A stretch of DNA of 39,694 bases from Candidatus Bathyarchaeota archaeon B24-2 (GTDB lineage: Archaea; Thermoproteota; Bathyarchaeia; Bathyarchaeales; B24-2). A program made the position numbers and the translations under genes. This document shows positions 28,001 through 37,139 of this stretch, one piece after another. Position 1 is the stretch's first letter; every line of letters starts with the position of its first letter. The stretch spans positions 1-39,694 of the forward strand of contig PCNA01000001.1 of assembly GCA_002490245.1 (NCBI GenBank), written 5' to 3'. The notes under the pieces were generated by a model. It saw nothing but the letters and a program-made list of their open reading frames with translations. It had not been told where the DNA came from and searched no databases.

Positions 28001-29758
28001 CTACCTGTGAGCGTAGAATACTGTTAGAAGAGAGTCCTTGACCTCGTCGACCCTAACAAAGCCGAAGCGTTCGAATTGAACCACCATGTCGGCCTTCAGT
28101 CTTCTACAGGATTCTTCGGCTAAACCTCGCTTCTCTCTTGCGTCTGGCATGATTACCCTAGTAGGGAAGGCGCCGTCGCATGGTACCCAGTGTATTAGGG
28201 GTATACCTTCCTTCTTAGCCCTCTCATAGCTTTCGTGTAGGAACCTCCCATTCAAGCGTTCTCGATCCTCCTTCACCTCGACGTTGAAGAGTCCTATAAG
28301 CCGCACCTTACCTTTAGCTTTAATCAATTCCAAGTCTGACCCTGAAATCCAGAGTTCTACTACCCCATCTTTAGGTTCCACATGGAACCTTCTAGAACCC
28401 CTCTCGGAGTGTTGAGGGTGGAGCGGAATCTCCACGTAGAAGGCGTGGGGTAAACCGTGAACGACTAATTTTCTTGGGTCTTCGACGAAGAAGTAGCGGT
28501 CGGCCTGTGGATCTACGATCTTCCTGTTGTATGCGTAGAGGTTCTCCCAGCTTAAGGTTACGTCCACGGGCTTCGGCCCGACCTCTAAGATCATTCTCCT
28601 TATCGCTTCCGGCTGTATCCCCCGTCTCCTCAAAGCGATCAGGGTTGCCAACCTAGGGTCACTCCAGCCCGTGTAGAGTCCGCTTCTAACCCCTTCGACT
28701 ATCTTAGACTTGCTCAGTACAGCGTTACTTATCTTCAGACGGCCGTAGTGTATCGTTTCAGGATATTTCCAGCCGAGATGCTCGTAGAGATACATCTGCC
28801 TTATCTGGTTTGTTAGGTGCTCCTTACCGCGTATTATATGCGTGACCCCCATGAGATGGTCGTCTATTCCACAGGCGAAGTTGTATAGGGGCCAAACCCT
28901 GTATTTTCTTCCAACCCTTGGATGTGGATATTTCTCCACATCTATTATCCTTAAGGCAGGCCAATCCCTCACCGCTGGGTTCGGATGCTCTATGTCTGTT
29001 TTAATCCTTAAGACCGCTTCCCCCTCTTTATACTCGCCGTTAAGCATAGAATTCCATCGATCGAGGTTCTCACGTGGACTTAGACCTCTACAAGGGCAGG
29101 GAGTCTTCGAGTTAATTAGCCTGCGGAAATCTTCTCTTTCGCATGTGCATACGTATGCTTTCCCTAGGTTGATCAACTTCTCCGCATGCTCATAGTAGAT
29201 CGGGATCCTGTCGCTCTGTATGTATTCTTCATCCCACTTGCAACCAAGCCAGATGAGGTCCTCCCTTATATAATCATAGAACTTCAGGGCTGAACGTTTC
29301 AACCTTGGGTCTGTATCCTCGAATCTGAGTATGAATTTTCCTCCGTACATCCGAGCATATTCGTGGCTGAGTATTATCGCTCTAGCAGAACCTAAGTGTA
29401 GGACGCAGTCGGGGTTCGGAGAGAATCGGGTTACGACTTTCTCGTATCTATCGACGTTTGGAAGCGGTGGAAGCGCCTCCCTCTTTTCAGCCTTAGGTTT
29501 AGAGGGCATCTGGATTCCGAGTTTCTCTAGAACTCTCTTTTGCTCTTCGACCTTTAGCTTATTCACTTCCTCGACCACTTCGTCGACTAAGCTTTTTACC
29601 TCACGGATGAAGTTCCTTAAGTCTTTATTCTCCGAGATAACCTTCCCGAGAACAGACTTCGCTAAGGCCTTTCCATCGTGCTCTAACGCGTTTATCAGCG
29701 CATGTTTAAGGGCGCTGTCTTTGACTTTCTGTTTGAGGCTCTCTTCCACCCAACTCAC
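28001..29758 (-). CDS. gltX: Glutamate--tRNA ligase (archaeal type)
   Basis: TRFSPNP, HLGS (HIGH-like), RFEDTDP, GVTHIIRGKEH, LSKS and QFERFGFVR. Confidence 0.96.
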   Translation of the reverse strand: MSWVEESLKQKVKDSALKHALINALEHDGKALAKSVLGKVISENKDLRNFIREVKSLVDEVVEEVNKLKVEEQKRVLEKLGIQMPSKPKAEKREALPPLPNVDRYEKVVTRFSPNPDCVLHLGSARAIILSHEYARMYGGKFILRFEDTDPRLKRSALKFYDYIREDLIWLGCKWDEEYIQSDRIPIYYEHAEKLINLGKAYVCTCEREDFRRLINSKTPCPCRGLSPRENLDRWNSMLNGEYKEGEAVLRIKTDIEHPNPAVRDWPALRIIDVEKYPHPRVGRKYRVWPLYNFACGIDDHLMGVTHIIRGKEHLTNQIRQMYLYEHLGWKYPETIHYGRLKISNAVLSKSKIVEGVRSGLYTGWSDPRLATLIALRRRGIQPEAIRRMILEVGPKPVDVTLSWENLYAYNRKIVDPQADRYFFVEDPRKLVVHGLPHAFYVEIPLHPQHSERGSRRFHVEPKDGVVELWISGSDLELIKAKGKVRLIGLFNVEVKEDRERLNGRFLHESYERAKKEGIPLIHWVPCDGAFPTRVIMPDAREKRGLAEESCRRLKADMVVQFERFGFVRVDEVKDSLLTVFYAHR

Positions 29759-29764
29759 CCGAGG

Positions 29765-30766
29765 TTAACGCCGCCTTAAGACTATCAAGTCCACTAGGCT
29801 TAAGAGGTCTTCTTTTTCCCTGCAGTCCCTAAAGGCTTGAAGGGTGGACTTTGCTTTTATGGCGTAGTCCTTAGCTTTATTCATAGCGTACTCTATCGAG
29901 CCGAGAGACTTCAAAAGGGCTATTACCTCCCCGATTTTATGGCGGGAAGCCTTCTTATCGCCGAGGACTTCTAGGATCTTAGCCTTCTCCCTCTCAGAGG
30001 AGTTCCTCAAAGCGTGGATCACGATGATCGTCTTTTTACCTTCCCTGATATCGCTTCCGATAGGCTTACCTAATTCCTCTTCGTCTGCCGTGAGGCCTAA
30101 AACGTCGTCCACGATCTGGAAGGCCAGACCAGCGTTCCGTCCGAAATCTCCTAACCTTTCTAGCTGGTCGGCTGAGGCTCCTCCGACTACTCCTCCAACC
30201 TTAGCTGAAACCTCAAATAAAGCAGCCGTCTTACGGGAGATCATCTCCATATATTCGCTTTCACTTACCTCGCTTAGCATCTCAAATTCCATGTCTAGCG
30301 CCTGCCCCTCACAGATTAATATCGCGGCCTCGGTGAGGAGTTGCAGAATACTCAACTTAACCTCACATGAATAAAGGTCTGAGAGGCCCACCATACCTAG
30401 AACCTCGAAAACCTTTGCGAAAAGCAGGTCTCCAGCTATTATAGCAGTCGGCAAATTCCACTTTTTATGGACTGTTTCCACTCCTCTTCTTACGGTGTCT
30501 TGGTCCATTATGTCGTCATGGATCAACGTGAACGTGTGGAGAAGCTCCACGGTCGCCGCGGCTGGAACCGCTTGCTCCTCAACGCCTCCCACTAGCCCGC
30601 AGGTTTTACATACTAGGTATGGTCTAAGCCTCTTTCCTCCAGCCTCTATGATATGTCTCGCGGCTTTATAGAGGGTCTCTGGTCTACCTTTCTCGTCCAC
30701 GACTTTCCTTATGAACGAGTCTACCTTAGACTTTACCTCCTCCATCTGCAGGTATATCCTATTCAA
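29765..30766 (-). CDS. idsA: Geranylgeranyl diphosphate synthase (polyprenyl synthetase)
   Basis: GGKRLRP, FTLIHDDIMD..RRG, GQALD and FQIVDDVL. Confidence 0.93.
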   Translation of the reverse strand: MNRIYLQMEEVKSKVDSFIRKVVDEKGRPETLYKAARHIIEAGGKRLRPYLVCKTCGLVGGVEEQAVPAAATVELLHTFTLIHDDIMDQDTVRRGVETVHKKWNLPTAIIAGDLLFAKVFEVLGMVGLSDLYSCEVKLSILQLLTEAAILICEGQALDMEFEMLSEVSESEYMEMISRKTAALFEVSAKVGGVVGGASADQLERLGDFGRNAGLAFQIVDDVLGLTADEEELGKPIGSDIREGKKTIIVIHALRNSSEREKAKILEVLGDKKASRHKIGEVIALLKSLGSIEYAMNKAKDYAIKAKSTLQAFRDCREKEDLLSLVDLIVLRRR

Positions 30767-31851
30767 CCTGAACGCCTCGCATAGATTTTAGTGTCGAAAC
30801 CTCTTTCATTCAACCATACCTTGGTTTTTCCAGTTATGACTAGAGGCGCCGAGCGTAGCTCCTCTAGGTTTCTTGCTCCGACCAGAAACATCACGTTCTT
30901 CAACTCCTCCAAGAAGATATTTAAAGTTTCTTTCGCATCGCCTTTAACCGTGGCCTTCAAGAAGGGTAAGGCCATACCGACTAAGTCTGCTCCTAAGGAT
31001 ATCGCCTTTGCCCCTTCTACTCCTGTGCGGATTCCGCCTGAAGCTATCACAGGAATGCTCACGCTCTGCTTGACTTCGATCAAGCATATAGCGGTTGGGA
31101 TACCCCAATCCCAAAAGGTTTTACCCAACTTAGCCCTTAGCTCGTCTCGGTTGCTTTTAGCCCTGTAATGTTCGACCGCTGCCCAGCTTGTACCTCCTGC
31201 ACCAGCCACGTCTATACACGCGACCCCTACCTCAGCCAGCTTCCTAGCGTCTTCAGACGCTATCCCAGCACCCGTCTCCTTAACTATTACGGGCACCTTA
31301 ACTTCCTTAACCACATCCCTTATCCTCTGTAGTACTCCTAAGAAATAGGTCTCCCCTTCAGGCTGAATAGCCTCTTGGAGCGGGTTGAGGTGTATGGATA
31401 ACGCGTCTGCATCGACCATCTCGATTACCCTCTCTGCATACTCGATGCCTCGCTCGCTTAGAAGCTGGGTGCACCCTATATTAGCCATCAAAAAGGCTGT
31501 CGGAGCCTTCTCCCTAACTATGGTGTACGTCTCCTCTAACGAGGAGTCTTCGAGGGCTGCTCTCTGACTTCCAAGCCCCATCCCTATCCCAGCCTCTTCG
31601 ACCATAGAGGCTAAAGCCGCGTTTATCTCCTTAGACAAACTCTGTTCTCCCCCTGTCATCGGTTCCACGATGACTGGAGCCTCGAATCGATGGTCGAGAA
31701 ACTCGGTCGAGATGTCTATATCGTTCTTATCGAGTTCAGGTAAGGCTCTATGGACGAAATGGATGTCCTCGAAACCGTTAGTTACCAAGTTCGACTCCAC
31801 GTCTTCGTTCAAGCATATACGCAGGTGGTCGAGCTTCCTCTCCTCGGTCAA
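30763..31851 (-). CDS. fni: Type 2 isopentenyl-diphosphate delta-isomerase
   Basis: RKLDHL, MTGG, GSQR, HLNPLQE, KETG and GAGGTSWAAVE. Confidence 0.96.
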   Translation of the reverse strand: MTEERKLDHLRICLNEDVESNLVTNGFEDIHFVHRALPELDKNDIDISTEFLDHRFEAPVIVEPMTGGEQSLSKEINAALASMVEEAGIGMGLGSQRAALEDSSLEETYTIVREKAPTAFLMANIGCTQLLSERGIEYAERVIEMVDADALSIHLNPLQEAIQPEGETYFLGVLQRIRDVVKEVKVPVIVKETGAGIASEDARKLAEVGVACIDVAGAGGTSWAAVEHYRAKSNRDELRAKLGKTFWDWGIPTAICLIEVKQSVSIPVIASGGIRTGVEGAKAISLGADLVGMALPFLKATVKGDAKETLNIFLEELKNVMFLVGARNLEELRSAPLVITGKTKVWLNERGFDTKIYARRSG

Positions 31852-31856
31852 CCCGT

Positions 31857-32654
31857 TCAGCTCCTTAAGATCAGGGTTCCACGTACCTTCTCGCTTCTTA
31901 AAGCCTTAAGCACCCTATCTCTCTCCTTAGCGTTTACTATTAAAACTTTCACTCCCTTCTCTATCGCGGGTATAAGCTCCATTATCTTACCGTACATCCC
32001 TTTAGTCACGTCTAGGGTGGAGGATTCCCCAATCTCGTCTATAATCCTTTTTAACCCGTCCAGCGTCACCTTTTCCAGTAGCTTCGCTTCAGGGTCTCGT
32101 TTAGGGTCTCCTGTATAGAGTCCGTCTACGTCTGTCCCGAGGATTATCCACTCTGCGTTTAGACGTATCCCTAGATATGAGGCTATCTGGTCTCCCGAAA
32201 GTATCGAGAACCCCCTCTCCAAATCAGGTACTACATCTCCATAGAGCACTGGGGTGATTCCTAACTCTAACATCTTCTCTAACGGCGTAGTCTCAAACCT
32301 CTCTATCCTTCCGGAGCGTGTTATGACGCATGAGGAAGGCTGGATCCCTACCGCCTTTAGGCCTTGAGCTAATATGGATTCGACGACTATTCTGTTTAGC
32401 TTCCTCATCGCTAAATGTACTCTAGAGAATCCCTCTAGCTGTCCATAGTCTCTAAAGCCTTCATGTAGCTTATACTTGAAAGCCAGAGGGTGGCCGAACG
32501 ACCCTCCACCGTGAACTAAAACCAGTTTCTCTCTACCCGCCTCATGGATCTCGCTTGCCAATCTTGAGAGAGAGGCTGGATTAGCCTCCATAAACCCGTC
32601 TTTAAACGTGATGACCGAGCCGCCTAACTTAAGGATCACAGTCCCTTCACTCAA
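31857..32654 (-). CDS. ipk: Isopentenyl phosphate kinase
   Basis: LKLGGSVIT, HGGGSFGH, LSGD and DVTKGM..K. Confidence 0.93.
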   Translation of the reverse strand: MSEGTVILKLGGSVITFKDGFMEANPASLSRLASEIHEAGREKLVLVHGGGSFGHPLAFKYKLHEGFRDYGQLEGFSRVHLAMRKLNRIVVESILAQGLKAVGIQPSSCVITRSGRIERFETTPLEKMLELGITPVLYGDVVPDLERGFSILSGDQIASYLGIRLNAEWIILGTDVDGLYTGDPKRDPEAKLLEKVTLDGLKRIIDEIGESSTLDVTKGMYGKIMELIPAIEKGVKVLIVNAKERDRVLKALRSEKVRGTLILRS

Positions 32655-33609
32655 CCCTCACTCCCTCATACGTCACTTCAGTCGTATAGACGTTCACGCC
32701 GAGACTCCTCAAGCCTTCAGCTACGGCTACTTTTCTCTCTGGCGTAGCTATAGCGACCATACATCCGCCGCCTCCACCACCAGTAAGCTTTGCGCCTAAA
32801 GCCCCAGCTTTTCTCGCCGTGTAGATTAGCTCCTCCAGCTTTAGGCAGGAAACCCCTACAGCCGAGAGTAAGCCGTGATTAACGTTCATCAACCTCCCAA
32901 AAGACGTTAAGTCTCCCCGCTCTAGGTCGCTTGAAGCCTTCAAGACGAGTTTCCTCGCCGCTTTCGATATGTAATTGAATATTTCTGGGTAGTCCCTTGC
33001 TATTCCCTCGACGAGTTTAATCTGCTCTCCTGTCGACCTTTGAATGCCTGTGTCGCCTATGATCAAGCTAAGCTTCTCTCTAACGTTAAGCTTCCTCACT
33101 CCGGTTTTCTTCGAGTAGATTATCATTCCGCCGTAGGTGGAGATAGTAGGGTCTATACCAGACGGGTTTCTGTGGACATATCTTTCAGATTCGATCGCTA
33201 TCTTTCGAACTTCCTCTAAACCTAGGTCTTCGCCGATTAAAGTGGAGACCGCTTTAACCGTGGCTGCCGCTACGGCGGCTGAGGAGCCGAGGCCTGAGGC
33301 TACAGGGATCTCTGAGTCCACATAGACCTTTAAGCCTGTATCGACGTTCAGTTTCTTGAGGGTCTCCCTAGCGGCTATATAAACAGGCTTTAGCTTCCGG
33401 TAAGCGGTTCCCTCTACGTTCTCGACCCCTTCATGAAAGACCTGTTCAAGATTAAAGTTTAAGGATTTAACGTATATCGCGTCGCTCGACTCGGATACTT
33501 TAACCCTTGCCCTAAGATCGATGGCACAGGCTATCGCAGGTTCCCCATACACGACGAAGTGTTCGCCTAAGAGGATAACCTTCGCGGGCGCCGAGGCTGT
33601 TACGCTCAA
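32647..33609 (-). CDS. mvk: Mevalonate kinase
   Basis: PAKVILLGEHFVVYG, IPVASGLGSSAA, NPSGID and KLTGGGGGG. Confidence 0.95.
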   Translation of the reverse strand: MSVTASAPAKVILLGEHFVVYGEPAIACAIDLRARVKVSESSDAIYVKSLNFNLEQVFHEGVENVEGTAYRKLKPVYIAARETLKKLNVDTGLKVYVDSEIPVASGLGSSAAVAAATVKAVSTLIGEDLGLEEVRKIAIESERYVHRNPSGIDPTISTYGGMIIYSKKTGVRKLNVREKLSLIIGDTGIQRSTGEQIKLVEGIARDYPEIFNYISKAARKLVLKASSDLERGDLTSFGRLMNVNHGLLSAVGVSCLKLEELIYTARKAGALGAKLTGGGGGGCMVAIATPERKVAVAEGLRSLGVNVYTTEVTYEGVRVE

Positions 33610-33619
33610 GAAGTCACGT

Positions 33620-34468
33620 TTACCTCCTCAACATTATAGAGGCGTAGCCTACGACCGAGGAGAAGTCTCCAGTCATGTCTCCGCTAGTTTTATAACATAA
33701 TAGAGAACCTTCCTTCGCGCCCAAGGCCTTTGAGGCTACGATCGCCGCTATCGTGGGACCATAGCCGCACATCGAGACCCCTCTCCCCTCGACCGTCTCG
33801 TATAGAAGTTCCTCGTCTAACCTGAGGATAGCCTCTATAACGGCTTTATCCTTAGACCTAGCAGAAGATTGGCTCTCATAATGGGTGAGGTCCGTGGAAG
33901 CTATCACCACGACGTTCTTCCCGTGAGCTGCTTTGGCTATCGCTTCGCCGACCTCCCTGCAAGTCTTTAAATCTTGAATCAAGAATACTATGGGAACGAT
34001 CTTTACTTTTGACCCGTAGATGAACTGGAGGAAGGGGAGTTGAACCTCTAGCGAATGCTCGTAAGTGTGGGCTGAGGGGTCTACGTCTATGATCTTCGAT
34101 TCCCTCAGGATCTCATCTGCCAGCGACTCGTCCACCAGCAAGTCTCCTAGAGGGGTCCTCCACACCCCTCTTTTAACGATCGATAAGGCGCTACCTACAC
34201 CCACATGGTTTGGGCCTAGCAGGACCGCCGTTTCAGGTGTCCCATCTAAAGCTAGTCGATAGTAAGCGTGAGCGGCTACAGGCCCAGAATACACGTATCC
34301 CGCGTGTGGACATACAAGAGCCGTGATGCTTCTAACCTCGCTTTCTGAAGGTTTAGGGATGGAGCCGGGACCGAACTTATGCTTAAAACACCACGTCAAC
34401 TGCTCCCTTAGTTTTTCTTCACCCGCGTTATAGAATGTTCCCGCGTGTCTGGGATATCTAACCTCCAT
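33620..34468 (-). CDS. MEMO1-family protein (AmmeMemoRadiSam protein B-like)
   Basis: AGTFY, PHAGYVYSG, GPNH, EHSLEVQLPFLQ, STDLTHY and SMCG. ATG 34468 follows a GAGGTGG SD; the alternative start is GTG 34477. Confidence 0.93.
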   Translation of the reverse strand: MEVRYPRHAGTFYNAGEEKLREQLTWCFKHKFGPGSIPKPSESEVRSITALVCPHAGYVYSGPVAAHAYYRLALDGTPETAVLLGPNHVGVGSALSIVKRGVWRTPLGDLLVDESLADEILRESKIIDVDPSAHTYEHSLEVQLPFLQFIYGSKVKIVPIVFLIQDLKTCREVGEAIAKAAHGKNVVVIASTDLTHYESQSSARSKDKAVIEAILRLDEELLYETVEGRGVSMCGYGPTIAAIVASKALGAKEGSLLCYKTSGDMTGDFSSVVGYASIMLRR

Positions 34469-34599
34469 CTCTACCACCTCGATTAACAGAAAATTTAGGG
34501 GCTTAACTCCTTTAAACCTACTCGCCGAGAGACAAGATACTCCAGCAACAAAAATTATGAGGTTTCGGGTTTAAAAAAATTTAATATGTATTATGGTTG

Positions 34600-35298
34600 T
34601 TACTCTAACTCTTCTTTCCCCTCAGAGCTTTCCGTGGTCTCTTCTTTGCTTTCGGTTTCCACCTGTTCTTCAGCCAACTTCATTTCGAAGCTCTCTATCG
34701 GTACCGGTAGATCCTCGTCTGGCGCTAGCTCTCCTCTTTCACGTAGTAGCTGACGTGCGAGAACCCAATATATGACTGCCAACGCTCTTCTGCCTTTATT
34801 GTTCGTAGGTATCGCTAGGTCTATCTTCGATAGCTCGTTGTCCGTGCTGCAGAGGGCGACTACAGGTATACCCAAACTCGAGGCTTCCCTTACGGCTTGG
34901 GAGTCCGCCTTTGGGTCTGAGACTAAGACCACGTCGGGCTCCAAGCTGTTTGGGTACAGTGGGTTGGATAAGGTGCCGGGTACAAACCTGCCCGTAATCA
35001 ATTTAGCCTTAGTGTACTCACAGAATTTTTCTGCTGGAACCTTGGCGTAGAGTCTCCCTGCAACCACCAAGATCTTCTCTGGGTCGAACCTCGATAGGAA
35101 CTTTGCGGCGACTCTTATTCTCTCGTCCGTCTTCTTTATGTCCAGAACGAAGAGCCCGTCAGGCCTAACTCGGTAGATGAACTTTTCCATGTCGCCTGTT
35201 TTTATCTTCGTTCCTATATGGACTCCTGCTGAAAGGTAGGATTCCCTTGGAATCAGAAGATCCTCCTCGTTTTTGGTTTCTTCTGTGTTCTCCGACAT
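34600..35298 (-). CDS. rps2: 30S ribosomal protein S2
   Basis: [21 protein letters not shown] and IPTNNKGR. Confidence 0.97.
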   Translation of the reverse strand: MSENTEETKNEEDLLIPRESYLSAGVHIGTKIKTGDMEKFIYRVRPDGLFVLDIKKTDERIRVAAKFLSRFDPEKILVVAGRLYAKVPAEKFCEYTKAKLITGRFVPGTLSNPLYPNSLEPDVVLVSDPKADSQAVREASSLGIPVVALCSTDNELSKIDLAIPTNNKGRRALAVIYWVLARQLLRERGELAPDEDLPVPIESFEMKLAEEQVETESKEETTESSEGKEELE

Positions 35299-35307
35299 TT
35301 AGATCAC

Positions 35308-36573
35308 CTATCGGATCTGAAGTGAGGATAGTTTGGTTCTCCCCTCGAAGACAGACTCTATCCTTAAGACCTCGTTTATCTTGGCTATCCTCTCACCGCC
35401 TAGCACTCCGCTCTTCAAGATAGGGCTGTGGAAACCTATGGCTAAGTGTGCGATCTTTGTATCCGTCGTCTCCCCTGACCTGTGAGATACTACGGTAACG
35501 TAGCCTGCCTTCTTGGCTTCCTTAACGGTCTTAAATGCCTCTGTCAGGGTACCTATCTGGTTAACCTTGATTATTATCGCGTTTGCCGCTCCCAGCTCTA
35601 TGCCGCGTCTTAACCTTTCCCTATTAGTTACGAATAGGTCGTCTCCACAGATCATGACTTTCCCTCTAAACTCCTTCGTAAGCTCGGTGAAGCTCTCGAA
35701 ATCCTCTTCGTCGAAGGGGTCCTCTACGTAGATCAGCCTGTACTTATCGATGACCTCAGAAACGAACTCCAGTTGCTCCTGCGGTCTTCTCTCTACCCCG
35801 TCTCTGGCGTACACGTAAACCCCCTTATCTTCATTCCAGATGGAAGAGGCTGCTATGTCAAGGCCGAACCTGCATTCTCTCCCCGTCTCGTCAGAAACTT
35901 CCTCTACAGCTTGGTTAACGACATCGAGTGCCTCCCTGTTGCTGAGGTTAACCGCCCATGCCCCCTCGTCGCCTCTGCCTCCGTTGAACCCTACGTTCTT
36001 CTTTAGGAGTATTTCACCTATCTTCCTATGAACCTTAACGTTTAGCTCGGCAGCCTCCTCGAACGTTCTAGCTCCGACCGGAAGGACTAGGAATTCTTGG
36101 ATGTCTGGAACGCTTCCTCTGGCGTGTTTTCCTCCTCCTAGAACGTTTCCGAGAGGTAATGGTAGCTCGATGTCTAGGTTTCCACCTAAATACTGGAATA
36201 GGTTTAGGTTATGTGAATCTGCGGCCGCTTCGGCCGTGGCTAACGAGATGGCAAAAGCTAGGTTTCCCCCTATATTACCGAAGTTCTCTGTTCCGTCTAT
36301 TTCACGTAGAGTCTCGTCTATCGACTCTTGATCTTCCGCATCCATACCCACCAGTTTAGGCGCTATCAACTCTTCGACTTTCTTGATAGACTCTTCGACT
36401 CCTCCAGGAGGGAAGGGTATGGCTTCCCATTTCCCTCTGCTCGCGCCTGAGGGAGCGGAGGCTACGCCTAACCCGTCGGCCGTTTCGACCTCTACTTCTA
36501 CAGTCTCTTCCCCTCTGCTGTTGAATATCTTTAAGGCTCTAACGTCTTCTATTATGGTGGAGATTCCTCTCAT
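35308..36573 (-). CDS. eno: Enolase (phosphopyruvate hydratase)
   Basis: NSRG, PSGAS, GDDLFVTN, KVNQIGTL and SHRSGET. Confidence 0.96.
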   Translation of the reverse strand: MRGISTIIEDVRALKIFNSRGEETVEVEVETADGLGVASAPSGASRGKWEAIPFPPGGVEESIKKVEELIAPKLVGMDAEDQESIDETLREIDGTENFGNIGGNLAFAISLATAEAAADSHNLNLFQYLGGNLDIELPLPLGNVLGGGKHARGSVPDIQEFLVLPVGARTFEEAAELNVKVHRKIGEILLKKNVGFNGGRGDEGAWAVNLSNREALDVVNQAVEEVSDETGRECRFGLDIAASSIWNEDKGVYVYARDGVERRPQEQLEFVSEVIDKYRLIYVEDPFDEEDFESFTELTKEFRGKVMICGDDLFVTNRERLRRGIELGAANAIIIKVNQIGTLTEAFKTVKEAKKAGYVTVVSHRSGETTDTKIAHLAIGFHSPILKSGVLGGERIAKINEVLRIESVFEGRTKLSSLQIR

Positions 36574-36579
36574 TCCTCC

Positions 36580-36804
36580 TTAAATTTCTATCATGTTCTT
36601 TTTTCGCGCTTCCTCATAAAATTCAAGGATCTCGTCTATGAATTCTACATGTGAGAGAAGCATTCGTCGACAACAATATCTGTCTAATCCCAAGCTATCT
36701 AAGACTTGCGAGGGATCTTCGCCTGACTTGACTCGGGATGCGAACTCTTCCCATTTATCTCCTATCAGCTTCCCGCAGCTAAAGCAACGGATAGGAATTA
36801 TTAT
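36580..36804 (-). CDS. rpoN: DNA-directed RNA polymerase subunit N (Rpo10), apparent ATA start
   Basis: Not in the ORF track. Manual translation gives (M)[20 protein letters not shown]...[20 protein letters not shown]...MIEI*, 74 aa. Confidence 0.95.
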   Translation of the reverse strand: MIIPIRCFSCGKLIGDKWEEFASRVKSGEDPSQVLDSLGLDRYCCRRMLLSHVEFIDEILEFYEEARKKNMIEI

Positions 36805-37139
36805 CTCTTATCCACCACCTTAGGACGTTCTACCACCGTTAAACCTAATTGGTTCTGTTACTTCCCGTAAATTAAACTTTCCTATGCGAAGGAGTAATTT
36901 AAATGTTTAGTATATGGTTGTTAAATCGAATCTAATCGTCCATCGCGCCGTCGGGGTTCTCCTCAATTTGAGGTTTAAAAGCTAAAGCCGAATATCTGGC
37001 AAGAGCTGAAAAAGTGGTATCTTTCCAGTCACCGCGCTTATAACCGTAGAATATGTGTTCGGTTAAAGGGTTGGTTTTTAGAGTAGACTCTCTAGAATAA
37101 CGTTCAAATATTTATTTCTATGACTTTCATCTAAGGGTT

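Noticed and set aside
36830..37130. ncRNA or riboswitch between rpoN and lysS
   Set aside because: Only short palindromes such as CCTCA-ATT-TGAGG, with no recognisable tRNA, C/D box or riboswitch consensus. A covariance-model search would be needed.
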